Positions 12,130 through 24,289 of a DNA stretch of 64,000 nucleotides are shown piece by piece (within the stretch, counting starts at the first letter, position 1; every line of letters begins with the position of its first letter). Position numbers and translations under genes: made by a program. The notes below the pieces were generated by a model. That model had not been told where the DNA came from, ran no database searches, and saw nothing but the letters and a program-made list of their open reading frames with translations. Origin of the DNA: Paragordius varius (Eukaryota > Animalia > Nematomorpha); the NCBI GenBank assembly GCA_964247055.1, contig OZ176058.1, positions 744,001 through 808,000 of the forward strand. Direction: 5' to 3'.

Positions 12130-15023
12130 AATTTAATCGTTTTTCTATAAAATAAATTGGAGTGAATGTATACATTTAGAGTTTAAATCACCCCTGAACA
12201 ATTCAAATTCATTCTATAATAAATAATGTGATTATTTAAGATAAAATATATTTATTTTTTATTATTTTTGAAATATCAAATTCTGTTTAAAATTAATATA
12301 ATGCTGAAAAAATAATAAACTATGTAAAATTTATTTAATATTAATAATGAGTTATATTAACCCGAAAGCACATAAAGGGTGAATTTGAATTGTAAATGGT
12401 GTATTATTATTTAATTCCTGTGTCATAAATTTTATGGAATCTATAACATTCTAAAATAGGACTTTATTAAATGAACAACAATTCTCATAAAATGATACCC
12501 GCAAACTAGTAGATATGTCTACCTTAAACATTATAAGGAACAAATACCCTTTTAAAAAATCATAAAAGGACATAATCCTTGGATCTAATATTTTATTTCC
12601 CCTGTTTAAAAACAACACAGCGGGCGGATCATTATAGGGCGTTTCTCGATAATATAAAAACATCGTTTCTGGTATATTATTATAAATAAGTTTATAATTA
12701 TCTATTACTTCGTAAAAATTTCATACATATTATTCAGTTAAGAAACATTTTGGGGTATTGTAAGTCTTATAGCAAATCATGATTTAAAGTTGTTTTGCAA
12801 AACGATCATTAAAAATAAATCAAGCAAAAAAAATTCTGTTAACATTTTTATATTTCTATTTAAAATAGTCTATCAAATTAAAATATACATCTAAATTTAA
12901 AATGAGATTATGTTGCCCATTCATCAAAACGCTGATATTTGCCGATGACTAAGAATTAAAAAATTATATTTTCAATGATGTTTTTGTATATCGTACTTAA
13001 AGGCAGTTTTATACAATATTACCGATTGGTCGACAATAAAGGGGACCAATTTAAATCAACTCAAAATGTTTCAGCACAATAAATAGAATGTAGCTTTCTA
13101 AAGATGATTATATAGAACAGTTTTTTAAAGTCATGGATTGGTTTTTTATAAAAATTATACAGTATTTTACACATGATTATTTATTGATATTCCCCATAAA
13201 AAATCGATTTTTTTTGAGATATAATTTAAGTGATAAAAATCGCTTGACTTTTTACCTTAGCTTATTAGAGATTTTTTTAAGGTTCTAAAGAAATAAGTTT
13301 TAAATCAAGGTTGATTTTATGCGGCCCTCAATATTATTTGTAAAAAGCATTTATTTTTTAAACTTAAAAATTGATTCATAAGCTAAAAGTCAAGACTCAT
13401 TTTTTTATCACACTAATTAAAGCGAAAAATGACGTATAAAAATAATATTTTTCATTAGGAAGTATATCGTTTAATTTTTAGTATGGAGAATCTACCTTTA
13501 AATGTTTTTTAAATCATCTATTTATACCATTCTGGTTTTATACCATTAACAACATTTGTAATTTTTAAAAATCCACCTTTTTATTTCGCTGAAAAAAACA
13601 AATTTTAAATTATTATAATTATATTTAAGTTATACAGAAATGTTATAAATTTTAATGGGCACCATATATTAAATTATAATTTTTTAACATAAATCATCGT
13701 TTTATGTTGCAATATTATAGATCAAGATGAAAATTGGTAACATTTAAATTGTAATTACATAGTTTAGTTAAAATGATGTAAGTTTAGAAAAACATGGGAA
13801 AAATAATTATTTTTACATGATATAAAATAAATGACAAAGCATCACATTTAAAAATATTATTTGATTTAAAATTAAAAAACATTAATCATAAAACATTATT
13901 AACCTAATCTTTTACAACCTATAACTTTATATTAAATAGATGACGTATTTTAGTTCAAAATTAAATTGTCATTTAACTATATAATTATTATTGCTATGTC
14001 CTTTAATTTTTAGTGTTTAAACATAAAAATTTAATCGAAAAATTTAAAATCACAAAAAAAATATTTTTAATAAAAGCGATATTCATTTAAGTCTTCATGT
14101 TTGAAGGTTTCCATTAACAATCTTATTATTAATTTTTGGTTGTAAGACTATTCTTATTAAATTCCTATAAATTAACTTCTTTACCTAAAATGTAAAAAAT
14201 TAAAAATATACACACAAAATGTAAAATTTAAAAAATTATTTTTTACCTAAAGAAAACATACTTTTTTAACACCTTAAGTCCTACATAATCTATTTATTGT
14301 CAATTTTTAAATTTTATAGTGTCATAATTTATATATATTATTTTATGTGCAAAAAAAGATATTAATGCAAATATATCAAGGTTGTTTAAAAAAGTATGGT
14401 TGTGTTTTGATATAAAATATGGTTGTATTTATGTTATTACTTTTGTCTGTATAATTTAAAATTATACTGCTAATAAACGCGACCGTAATATAAAGCTGGC
14501 TTAAAATTCTAGAAAATTTTAATTGACCTTACATTTAGGGGCACATAAACGCAAAAATATTTTACCATAAAATATATTTTTCAATTCTACCCTTGTTATT
14601 TAAATCTTTTTTCATTTCATATTTTCTCCAAAAATGACATATTAATTCCCCGTTCATGATATTGTGGGTTTCGAAACAATTTTATCAAAATTTAAAACAT
14701 AATCTGTCAGCAAACTATCATCATACCTATACGGTAACGAGAGCTATTATTGGCCATTTCGGTTGTTTAATTGGGTACATATGAGAAATTAGTTTTCAAT
14801 AGGTTCGATTTTAAAAATAGTTAAAAAATGTATTCAATTGATCTTTCTTGTAGTTGATTTTTTGGATGTTTTGATTTCGAGGGATAGAATAGGAATGTTC
14901 TATAAATGTCCTCTTGACTAATATTGGCTTTGCTCAGTTATAATATAAATTATAAGTTTGGATTTGTCTTTAGAGATTGTCTTTATAAATTGTCTGTTTA
15001 ATAATAACCAAAAAATATACTAA
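12130..15023. repeat. Segmental-duplication block, copy 2, truncated where the APRT intron begins
   Basis: Collinear with 1380-3700, 29.0-32.2 kb and 53.7-56.8 kb (e.g. gatttcgagggatagaatagga at 14873, 32009, 56629). It stops at tactaac near 15023, where the other copies continue gagagc(g/a)gcg. Confidence 0.85.
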
Positions 15024-15124
15024 CAATTATTTAAATGAATAAATTAATTAAATATAAATATTTATATATATATATTTAAGATAAAAAAATTTTTTTTATT
15101 TAAAAATTTTAAAATTTTTTTTAG

Positions 15125-15584
15125 AAATATATTTCCAGTACTAAATCCTGATGCCCTTCATGATATGATTGAAATTATTTTTTTATGAAATTTTAAAAAT
15201 TTAAATTATTTAATAATAAAAATTTTATACAAATTTAATTATTTTTTAGAATATTTTTAATTATATATTATTTTACAATATTTTTTTTTTATTCTAGAGA
15301 TATTTTTCCAGTATTCCTAAATCCTGATGCCTTGGATGACATGATTGAAATAATTTTATTATATTTTTGAAATTTTAAAAAAAAATAACTTATAATTAAT
15401 TTTGAAAACTTAATAAATTTAAGAAATAATGAAAAATTATTAAAAATCTATTGAATATTTAAAAAATTTATTCAAATTTAATAAAATTTATATTTTTCAG
15501 AGATATATTTCCAGTATTCCTAAATCCTGATGCCCTTCATGATATGATTGAAATAATTTTTTATATAATTTATCTATCTATCTA

Positions 15585-15628
<44 letters not shown>

Positions 15629-15643
15629 TGTTTTTAGATAATA

Positions 15644-15685
<42 letters not shown>

Positions 15686-15797
15686 TTTATATTAAATTAT
15701 TTACAGTTTTTGTATAAAATAACATAAAATATTAATTTTTTTGCTATATTATGATAAAAATAATGAAAAATATTAAATTTTTTTATGAAATATTTGA

Positions 15798-15895
<98 letters not shown>

Positions 15896-16030
15896 TTTAT
15901 AAACTTTTTATCAAATTTATGAAAATTTAATAAAATATTTAATTTTTTAAATTTTATTAAATTTTATTCTAGAGATATATTTCCAGTATTCCTAAATCCT
16001 GATGCCCTTCATGATATGATTGAAATTATT
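15125..16030 (+). repeat. Four duplicated copies of the APRT acceptor plus the first about 58 nt of the exon
   Basis: AG|AGATATATTTCCAGTATTCCTAAATCCTGATGCCCTTCATGATATGATTGAAAT-like copies start at 15125, 15298, 15501 and 15973. All end near ATTGAAAT(A/T)ATT. Confidence 0.95.
15800..15890. repeat. (AT)n microsatellite, longest of more than 12 in the window
   Basis: Others near 7250, 15580-15680, 18480, 25545-25605, 28670, 30705, 32472, 40790, 50270, 52350, 62476 and 63218. Confidence 0.95.
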
Positions 16031-16178
16031 TTATTATATTTTTGAAATTTTATTTAAAATATTTTAATTAAATAGGTTATTTTTAAATATTTTTAAAAAT
16101 TTATAATATTTTTAAATAATTATTTTTAAATTTTTATTTTTTTATTTTAGAGAAATTTATAAATTTAAAATTTTTTAG

Positions 16179-16333
16179 AGATATATTTCCAGTATTTCTA
16201 AATCCTGAAGCCCTTCATGACATGATTGAAATAATTGAGGGCAAAATTGCCCAAAATACCCAAAAAATTGATTTAGTCGTTAATTTAGATGCCCGCGGGT
16301 TCCTGATCGCCCCATTAGTCGCCTACCATTTAA
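16179..16333 (+). CDS. APRT: Adenine phosphoribosyltransferase, internal exon (DIFPVFLNPEALHDMIEIIEGKIAQNTQKIDLVVNLDARGFLIAPLVAYHL)
   Basis: ttttttag acceptor and gtaaat donor; 155 nt = 1+153+1. Contains the APRT-type DI.P and LDARGF motifs. Confidence 0.92.
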
Positions 16334-16866
16334 GTAAATTTTTTTTAAAAAAATTTTTTTTAAATTATTAAATTTTAATTTAAAAAATTTGAAAATATAG
16401 ATTTTTAAATAACAAAAAATTTTAGTATTTTTAATATTTATATATTATTTTTTCAAAATTTTTTAAATTACAAATAAATTTGGATATAAAATTTTTATGG
16501 TAAAAATAAATATATATTATAACTATTTTTTTAGATATTTATATTAAAATAATTTTAATGTTATTTTAACAATTTTTAGAAAATAGATTTTTTAAAATAA
16601 AATTTTTTATAAATATATTTATTATTTTATATTTTTTAATAATTTTTAAGTTTATTATATAAATTAGAAGTTTGCAATTTGAAATTTGGTTTTTATTTTT
16701 TATTTTAATTTTTTTAAGATAATTTTAGTGTTTTAAATTTTTTTAATTAAATTTTTATTAATTTTAATTGTTTTATTTAAATAAAAAAATTAATATAGAT
16801 TATTAAGTATTTTAATAAATTTCAAGTTTTTTTGGATAAGTTTAAAGTATTTTTTTGAAAATATTA

Positions 16867-18458
16867 AAGTTCCTTAATCGCCCCATTATTATTTTGAATT
16901 TGTAAATTATAATTTATATTTTAAAAGTTTTTTAATTTTTATAAATTCGAAAAAAATTTTATTTTTTAAAATTAGTTTCATTTTTTATTAAATTAAAAAT
17001 TTTAAATTTTGAAGTTCCTTAATTGCCCCATTAGTCGCCTACCATTTAAGTAATTTTTTTTTAATTTTTTTAATATTTTTAATTTTTATAATATATTTTT
17101 AAATTTTTATTAAATAATTTTGGTATTTTAATAATTATATTTATTTACATTTAGATTTATTTTTTTTTTTAAATATTTTTAATTTTTAATTTTTGAAATT
17201 TTTTAATAAATATAATTTATTTAGATTTTAGAAGTTATTTTATTTTTTTAAATTTTTTAAAATAGAATAAATTTGAATTTTGGAAATATTTTCTAATTTA
17301 TTTAAATTTGTATTTTAATTTTTTCAAAAATAATTATAATTATTTAGAAATTAGATTATTTGAGTTTTTTTGAATAATTTTAATTAAATTTTAAGTTTTT
17401 TTTATCTAAATTAAAAGATTTAATATTTAAAATAATTTAATAAATTTTGAGTTTTAAATTTATCGCCCCATTAGTCGCCTACCATTTAAGTAATTTTTTG
17501 AATTTTTTTTTAAAAAAAAATATATTTTTTTTAAATATATATTTATATAAATAATTAAATTTTGGTATTAATTATATTTTTTGTATTATATTAATTATAA
17601 TTTTAATAAGTTTCTTTATTTTTTAATTAATTAAGTATTTTGGAGGAAATATTTATTAATTTTAATATATTTTTATACTATATTTTTTTAATATTTTTAT
17701 AACTTTTATTTTTAAATTTTTTTTAATAATTTTGGAAAGATATTTTAATTTTTTTTTAAATAATTTATAATAATTTTTAGTGTTTTATCAAACATTTAAA
17801 GTAAATTTTTAATTTTTTTAAATTTTTTGATTTGGATTTATAAATTTTAATTAAAAATAAAATAGATTTTCAATAATTTATATGAATTATTTCCCTTTTG
17901 TTGAATAATTTTTATTAAATGTTTATTTAAGTAATCGTTTTGAATGTTATTAAATTTTTTAATTTTGTAAAAAATATTTTAAAATTTTTTTATTATAATA
18001 AATAAAATAGTTAAATTTATAAATATATTTTTTTAAAATTATTGATTTTAAAATATATTTTTAATATTATATAATTTTTTTAAAAAATTATTTTAATTTT
18101 TGTAATTTTTAAGTTTTTTTTATATAAATTAGTAGAAGTTTTTTGATATTAAAATTTAATTTTTTTGATTTTAATTTTTTTATTTTTTTTATATCCTTAG
18201 TATTTATTTTGGAAATATTTTTAATGAAGATTTTATTTAGAAAAATTTTTTTTTATATTTCAAGTATTTTAGAATCTTTTTAATTAATTATTATTCTGGA
18301 TTTTTTAATTAAATTTTTAATAAATTTAAAGTTTTTATCTAAATTTAAAGATTTAATATATTATTAGATATTTTCAATTAATTTAAGTTTTTTTGTATTA
18401 CTTTTAAGATTTTTTTTTTATTAAATTTTAAAGTTCCTTCATCGCTTACCATTTAAGT
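16867..18458 (+). repeat. Duplicated copies of the 3' end plus donor of the 16179-16333 APRT exon
   Basis: ATCGCCCCATTAGTCGCCTACCATTTAA|GTAA-like copies with GT at 17050, 17490 and 18457 (internally deleted), plus a donor-less partial at 16867-16888. Confidence 0.93.
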
Positions 18459-18473
18459 AAATTTTTAAATTTA

Positions 18474-18511
<38 letters not shown>

Positions 18512-18657
18512 CTAAAATATTTTTAATTAATTAAAAAATATATATTTTAATTAATTTTTTATTTTATTAAATATTTTTCATTAAATAAATATTTTTTTAA
18601 AAATATTTTTTAATTATTTTTATTAAATTTTTTTTAAAATTAATATTTTTATTTCAG

Positions 18658-18740
18658 AATTACCATTCGTCCCAATCCGTAAAAAAGGAAAGCTTCCTGG
18701 CCCTGTAATTGATTTTAAATATGACCTTGAATATGGATCA
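18658..18740 (+). CDS. APRT: APRT internal exon ((K)[27 protein letters not shown])
   Basis: atttcag acceptor and gtaatt donor; phase 1 matches the previous exon. Signature RKKGKLPG and LEYG motifs. Confidence 0.95.
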
Positions 18741-18996
18741 GTAATTAAATTAATTTAATTTTTTATTTAAATTTAATTTTTTTAAATTTTATAAATTATT
18801 TTATTAATTAATTAAAAATTTAAATTCTTGTTTTTATATATTTATTTTTCATGAGTTTTTTTTATAAATTTTTTTTTCAATGACAAATTATTGTTTTTAT
18901 AAAATATTTTTAATATTTTTAAAATTATCTTTAAAAGTTAATTTTTTTATAGATATTTATATTTTTAATATAATAATTATTTTTTTTATTTTATAT

Positions 18997-21103
18997 TTGA
19001 GCTCGAATATGGATCAGTAATTAAATTAATTAAATTTTTTAATTTTAATAAATTTAAAAATTATTAAAATTTTAATAAATAAATTTTTTAATCATTAAAA
19101 TTTTAATTATTTAAAATATTTTTATAAATTTTATTTATTGCTATAATTAAATATTTTGTTATTAAATTTAAATAATTTTTTTATATAATTATTAGTATTT
19201 ATTAAATAATTAAATATTAAATTTTTATTTTTTTCATTTAATTATAAAAATTTGATTATTATTATATATATAATTAATTTATGAAAAATTAAATTGTATT
19301 TATAGAAATAATTAATTTTATTTTTTAATGTTATAATATAAATAATATTTATTTAAATTTTAAATAGATATTATATATTATAGATATTTATATTTATATT
19401 TTTTTTATTTTTATCAAATATGACCTTGAATATGGATCAGTAATTAATTATTATTTTATTTTTTTAATTTAAATTTTATAAAAAATATAAATTTAAAATA
19501 TTTAATTAAATTAATTATTTTGAATATTTTTATTTTATTAAATTATATTTATTTGTTTTCATAAGTTTTTTATAAATTTTTTAAATTTTAATGACAATTA
19601 TTGTTTTTATAAAATATTAATATTTTAGAATTATCTTTAAAAGTTAATTTTTTTATAGACATTTATATTTTAAAATAATAATTATTTTTAAATATGACCT
19701 TGAATATGGATCAGTAATTAAATTTAATTAATTAATTTTATTAAAAAATAATTTTTAATTTAATAAATTTAATAAAAAATTTTTATTTAAATTCAATAAA
19801 AATTTTGATATGACTAAATATTTATTTAATATTAGTTTTTTTATTATTAGAAAATTTTTTGGCGGAAAGGCGCCACCTTATAAAGTTATAAATCAGGAAG
19901 GAGTGTGCATAGTTTAGACTAACTACTCCTTCCTGATTTATAGTTTTTTTATTATTTTTAATTAGTTTTTTTAAAAATTTTTAAAAATTTTGTTTTTCTA
20001 ATTTTTTTTAACAATTTAATATGTTATTTTAAATATGAGCTCGAACATAGATCAGTAATTTATAAATTAATTATTTATTTTAAAAAAAAATTTTAAATTA
20101 TTTTCAATAAAAAAAATAATTTTATTTATAAATTAATTTTTTTTATTAAAAATTAATATAATAAAAATTTTATTTCTAAATTATTAAAGAATAAAATATT
20201 TTAAAATTGAATCAATTAAAAATTTAAATTATTGTTTTTATAAAATATTTCAATATTTTTAAATAATAATTTTTAAAAGTTAATTTTTTTATAGATATTT
20301 ATTTTTTTCAGTAATTTATATTTTTTTTATTTTAAATATGACCGCTAATATGGATCAGTAATTAAATTAAATTATTTTTTTATTAAAAAAAAATTTATTT
20401 TTTTATAAATTATTTTTTTTAGTTAATATAATATATATATATATTATATATCTATCTATTTAAGTTTCATGTTTTAAAACTAATTTTTTTTTATTATTTT
20501 TTTTATAAATTAATTTTATAATATTAAAAAATAAGTTTCATTTTTTTAAATAAATTTATTTATTAAAAATAATTAAATTAATTTTGAATAATATAATTTA
20601 AAATAATTTTAATTTTAAAATTTAAGTTTATAGATATTTATATTTTAAATATTTATTTTTTTTAGATTTTTTATATAATATTTTAATTTAATTTTAAATA
20701 TGAGCTCGAATATGGATCAGTAATTTAAATTATTTTATTTTTTAATTTTAATTTAATAAAAATTTTTTTATTAAATATTTGAAATTACTTTCTAAATAAT
20801 TATTTCTTTTAGCTTTTTAATATCAAAAAATTTATTTCTAAATATTTTAAATAATAATTTAATTTTGTTTTAGATTTTTTAATAATTTTAATTTTTCTTA
20901 TAAATTAAAATTTTATTTATAAAAATAATTAATTACAAATTTAAATTATTGTTTTAATAATTTATTTTTGAATAATATAATTTAAAATATTTTAATCATA
21001 GTTTTTAATATATATAAATAATTATATGTTTGGAATAATATATTGTTTTATTTTTTAATATATTTTTAGTATATTTCAAATATGAGCTCGAATATGGATC
21101 AGT
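18997..21103 (+). repeat. Seven duplicated copies of the 3' end plus donor of the 18658-18740 APRT exon
   Basis: AAATATGA(CCTT/GCTC)GAATATGGATCA|GTAATT with GT at 19017, 19440, 19714, 20055, 20358, 20720 and 21102. Spacers of 274-423 bp are mutually similar. Confidence 0.95.
19862..19946. ncRNA. Candidate intronic hairpin (pre-miRNA-like or tiny MITE)
   Basis: Perfect 18-bp inverted repeat TATAAATCAGGAAGGAGT (19887-19904) / ACTCCTTCCTGATTTATA (19925-19942) with an inner TAGTT/AACTA stem, and an adjacent TGGCG-GAAAGG-CGCCA hairpin. Confidence 0.3.
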
Positions 21104-21514
21104 AATTAAATTAAATTTAAATATTTTATTTTTTTAATTTTAATAAATTTAAATATAATTAAAATTTTAATAAATAAATTTTATAATTAAAAATTAATAA
21201 TTAATTAAAAATTTAAATTGTTTTTATATATTTATTTAATTATTTTCAATTTTTTAAATAATATATATAATAATATTTTAGTTTTATATAATTTTTTTTC
21301 TTTTATTTTTTAGTATTTAATTTAATAAATTTTTGAAATAAAAATTATTTTTTTTTTAAAATTAATAATTTATATATTTTGATTATATTATAATATATTT
21401 CTTTAATTGTATATAGATTATTTTTAATATTTTATTATATAATATATTTTTTATTATACTTAATCATAAAATATTTTAATATTTTTTAATAATTTAATTT
21501 TTTTTATCTTCCAG

Positions 21515-21536
21515 AATGTTTTTGAAATCCAAAAAA
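21515..21536 (+). repeat. Duplicated acceptor plus first 22 nt of the 21784 APRT exon
   Basis: ttccag|AATGTTTTTGAAATCCAAAAAA versus the live ttccag|AATGTATTTGAAATCCAAAAAA (GTT/GTA synonymous). Confidence 0.9.
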
Positions 21537-21783
21537 TTATTTTTAATTATAATATAAAATATTATATATTTCACAAAATTTTTTTTTTTAATAATTTTAA
21601 TAAAAATTTTTATAATATTTTTGGATAATAAAATATTTATGTTTTAATATATTTAATTATATTACAAAATTAATATTTTATTAAATAATATATTTTTATT
21701 AAAATTTATATTTTTTTATTAATAATTTATTTTTATTTTACAAATATTTTATAATTAAATAATTTAATTTTTTTATTTTCCAG

Positions 21784-21862
21784 AATGTATTTGAAATCCA
21801 AAAAAATGTAATTCCCCAAGGTTCACACGTGGCCGTTATTGATGATTTATTAGCCACGGGCG
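21784..21862 (+). CDS. APRT: APRT internal exon (NVFEIQKNVIPQGSHVAVIDDLLATG(G)), PRPP-binding loop
   Basis: ttccag acceptor and gtataa donor; 79 nt, phase 0 in and phase 1 out. VIDDLLATGG is the type I PRTase PRPP motif. Confidence 0.95.
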
Positions 21863-22948
21863 GTATAAATATATTTATTTTTTAAAAAATTAAAATTATA
21901 AATTAATTTTATAAATAATTAAAATTAATAATATACTTATAAATTAATTAATTTAAATATTTAATTTATTTATTCATATTAATGTAGAAATAATAAAAAA
22001 AATTTATAGTATTGAATTTTTATTTAAAAATTAATAAATTTTAATAATTTTTAACTATGGAATAATAATTATATTTATAATATAATTATTTTTGAAAAAA
22101 TTTTATTTATAATAAAATAAAATTAATAAATTAATTATTGTTAAAATTGAAATATATGGACAAAAGGTAAAAATATAAAGATAAATATTTTTTTTCAATG
22201 GACAACCATACCTTATAAATCTTGATTAATTTAAATTTTACTCATTATTTTTTACTAAAATATAAAATAGAGATATAATTGGTAACACAATTAATTATAT
22301 ATTTTAGTTTTGATTATAATACTTTATAATAAATAGAAAAAATATAATTGTTTTTTTCATAAAAATTATTTGTCTTAATATTTTTACGTTTTGTCCATAG
22401 TATAATTAACAGTTTTTACTGTATATATTGATTAAATAATTGTATTGCAAATATCAATTTTTGTTTATAAAATATTCCTTTTTGAGTCAAAAAATTTAAA
22501 ATAATAAAATTAGATAATTTTGAATAATACAAAATTACTTTTGAAAAGGATGGAATTTTGTTTTCAAATTTTAAACTTTAGTTTTTTATATAAAAAGTTT
22601 ATATTCTGAATTTAAAATGGTTGTCTTTAAAAACAATCAATATTCTTCAAATAAAAATCCCTTTGTATACGATAATGTGATTTTTAAAAATTAATCTATT
22701 GTATTAACTTGATTGAATAAAAAAATTGATAACTAAGTCCTTTAAATTAAAAATATTGCCTTAAAATTCAAAAGTTTGAATTGAAAATTTGGGTTTTAAG
22801 AAAAAAATGCTGCATATTTTCATTTAAAAGTTTTCAAAATAAAATTTTATTTAAATACTTCATTTCCAGAAATATTCTTATAATATCTTTTAAAAAATAT
22901 TTTCATACTAAAAAACTGACATGGAGAATGGAATAGTATATTTTTTTA

Positions 22949-23239
22949 CAGTCAAAATTGAAATTATACGTGAGGACAAAACGTAAAAATATAAAAACAA
23001 ATATTTTTTTTAAACTACTTTTCAAACTTGATTGATTTAAATATAACTCATTGTTTAAAAATGCAAAATATTAAAAAAAGATGTATTGGTAACATAATAG
23101 ATAATATATTACACCATTGTAGTTAAATGGTTTAAATATGCAAAATTAATGTTTGAAAAATTTAATGGTTGTCTTTTAGAAAAAATATTTGTCTTTATAT
23201 TTTTACATTTTGTCCATAGTATAATTTTAGTTTTTACTG
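22949..23239. mobile_element. MITE family 1 copy in the last APRT intron (a second, more degenerate copy at about 22140-22422)
   Basis: TA CAGTCAAAATTGAAATTATACG ... GTATAATTTTAGTTTTTACTG TA. Confidence 0.75.
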
Positions 23240-23514
23240 TATAAATGTTAATATTTTTATATACTTACAATGCAAATTCACATTTGAATAATATAAATTC
23301 ACACCCTAAAAATAAATTATATATTTTTCGGCAGCTTATATAACTTATCATATATAAGAAATACATCTTTATGGCGCATAGTTTATTAGATTTTCAGTAT
23401 CATATTAATATTAAACGTATTTTTAACAATAAAAAAAATAGTAATTTTAACTCTTAAAAAACACATAATAATTTACTTTAGGGTAAATTTAAATATATTG
23501 GGGTGGGGGGGGAG

Positions 23515-24047
23515 GGAATTTGAATTGTTTAAGGATGAATTTGAATTGATTAAGGGTGAATTTGAATTGTTTAAGGGTCATTTTGAATTGTTTGAGGGTG
23601 AATTTGAATTGTTCGAGGGTAAATTTAAATTGTCCAAAGGAAATATAAATTGTTTAAGGGTGAATTTGAATTGAAGGGTGAATATGAACTGTTATATGAA
23701 TTTGAACTGTTTAAGGGTGAAATTGAATTGTTTGAGGGTAAATTTAAAATGTTTAAGGGTGAATTTAAATTGTTCGAGAGTGAATTTGAATTGTTCGAGA
23801 AGGGTGAATTTGTTTAAGAGAGAATTTGAATTGTAAATGGTAAATTTGAATTGCTCAAGGGTGAATTTGAATTTTTCAAGGGTGAATAAGAATTGTTTAA
23901 GGGTGAATTTGAACTGTTTAAGGGTATTAAATTGTTTGAATTTGATTTGTTTGTTCGAGGATGAATTTGATTTGTACGAGGGTCAATTTATATTTTCCAA
24001 GTGTAAATTTGCATTGTTTTAGGGTGAATTTGAACTATAAATGGTAT
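23515..24047. repeat. 21-bp tandem array (GGGTGAATTTGAATTGTTYAA)n, about 25 units, expanded right arm of a TA|CCATTT MITE
   Basis: Array visible directly and ends in AAATGG|TA near 24040-24047. The same unit forms short arms in copies at 1.47-1.70, 6.9-7.1, 39.21-39.52 and 61.39-61.71 kb. Confidence 0.9.
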
Positions 24048-24095
24048 AAATAAAATTAATTTTCTTATAATTTTTTTTAATTTTATGTTTTATAG

Positions 24096-24238
24096 GGAGT
24101 ATGGAAGCGTCGTGTCGCTTAGTTGAAATGGTTGGGGGTCAAGTTACCCTTTGTGTCGTCGTTATGGAATTAACTGAACTCCAAGGCTCTAAAAAACTGA
24201 CGACAAAATGGCCGCTATGGTCCATGTTGAAATTTTAA
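24096..24238 (+). CDS. APRT: APRT last exon ((G)SMEASCRLVEMVGGQVTLCVVVMELTELQGSKKLTTKWPLWSMLKF*)
   Basis: tttatag acceptor; phase 1 completes the GGG codon; TAA stop at 24236-24238. Resembles the APRT C-terminus (T..A...L....G.V......EL..L.G..KL). Confidence 0.92.
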
Positions 24239-24289
24239 GAAATATTTTGCTGAAAATTTGAAATTATATACTTACTGCATTTATATATT

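Noticed and set aside
23515-24047. CRISPR-like appearance of regular short repeats
   Set aside because: No unique spacers, a eukaryotic context and no cas genes; these are tandem arrays in MITE arms.
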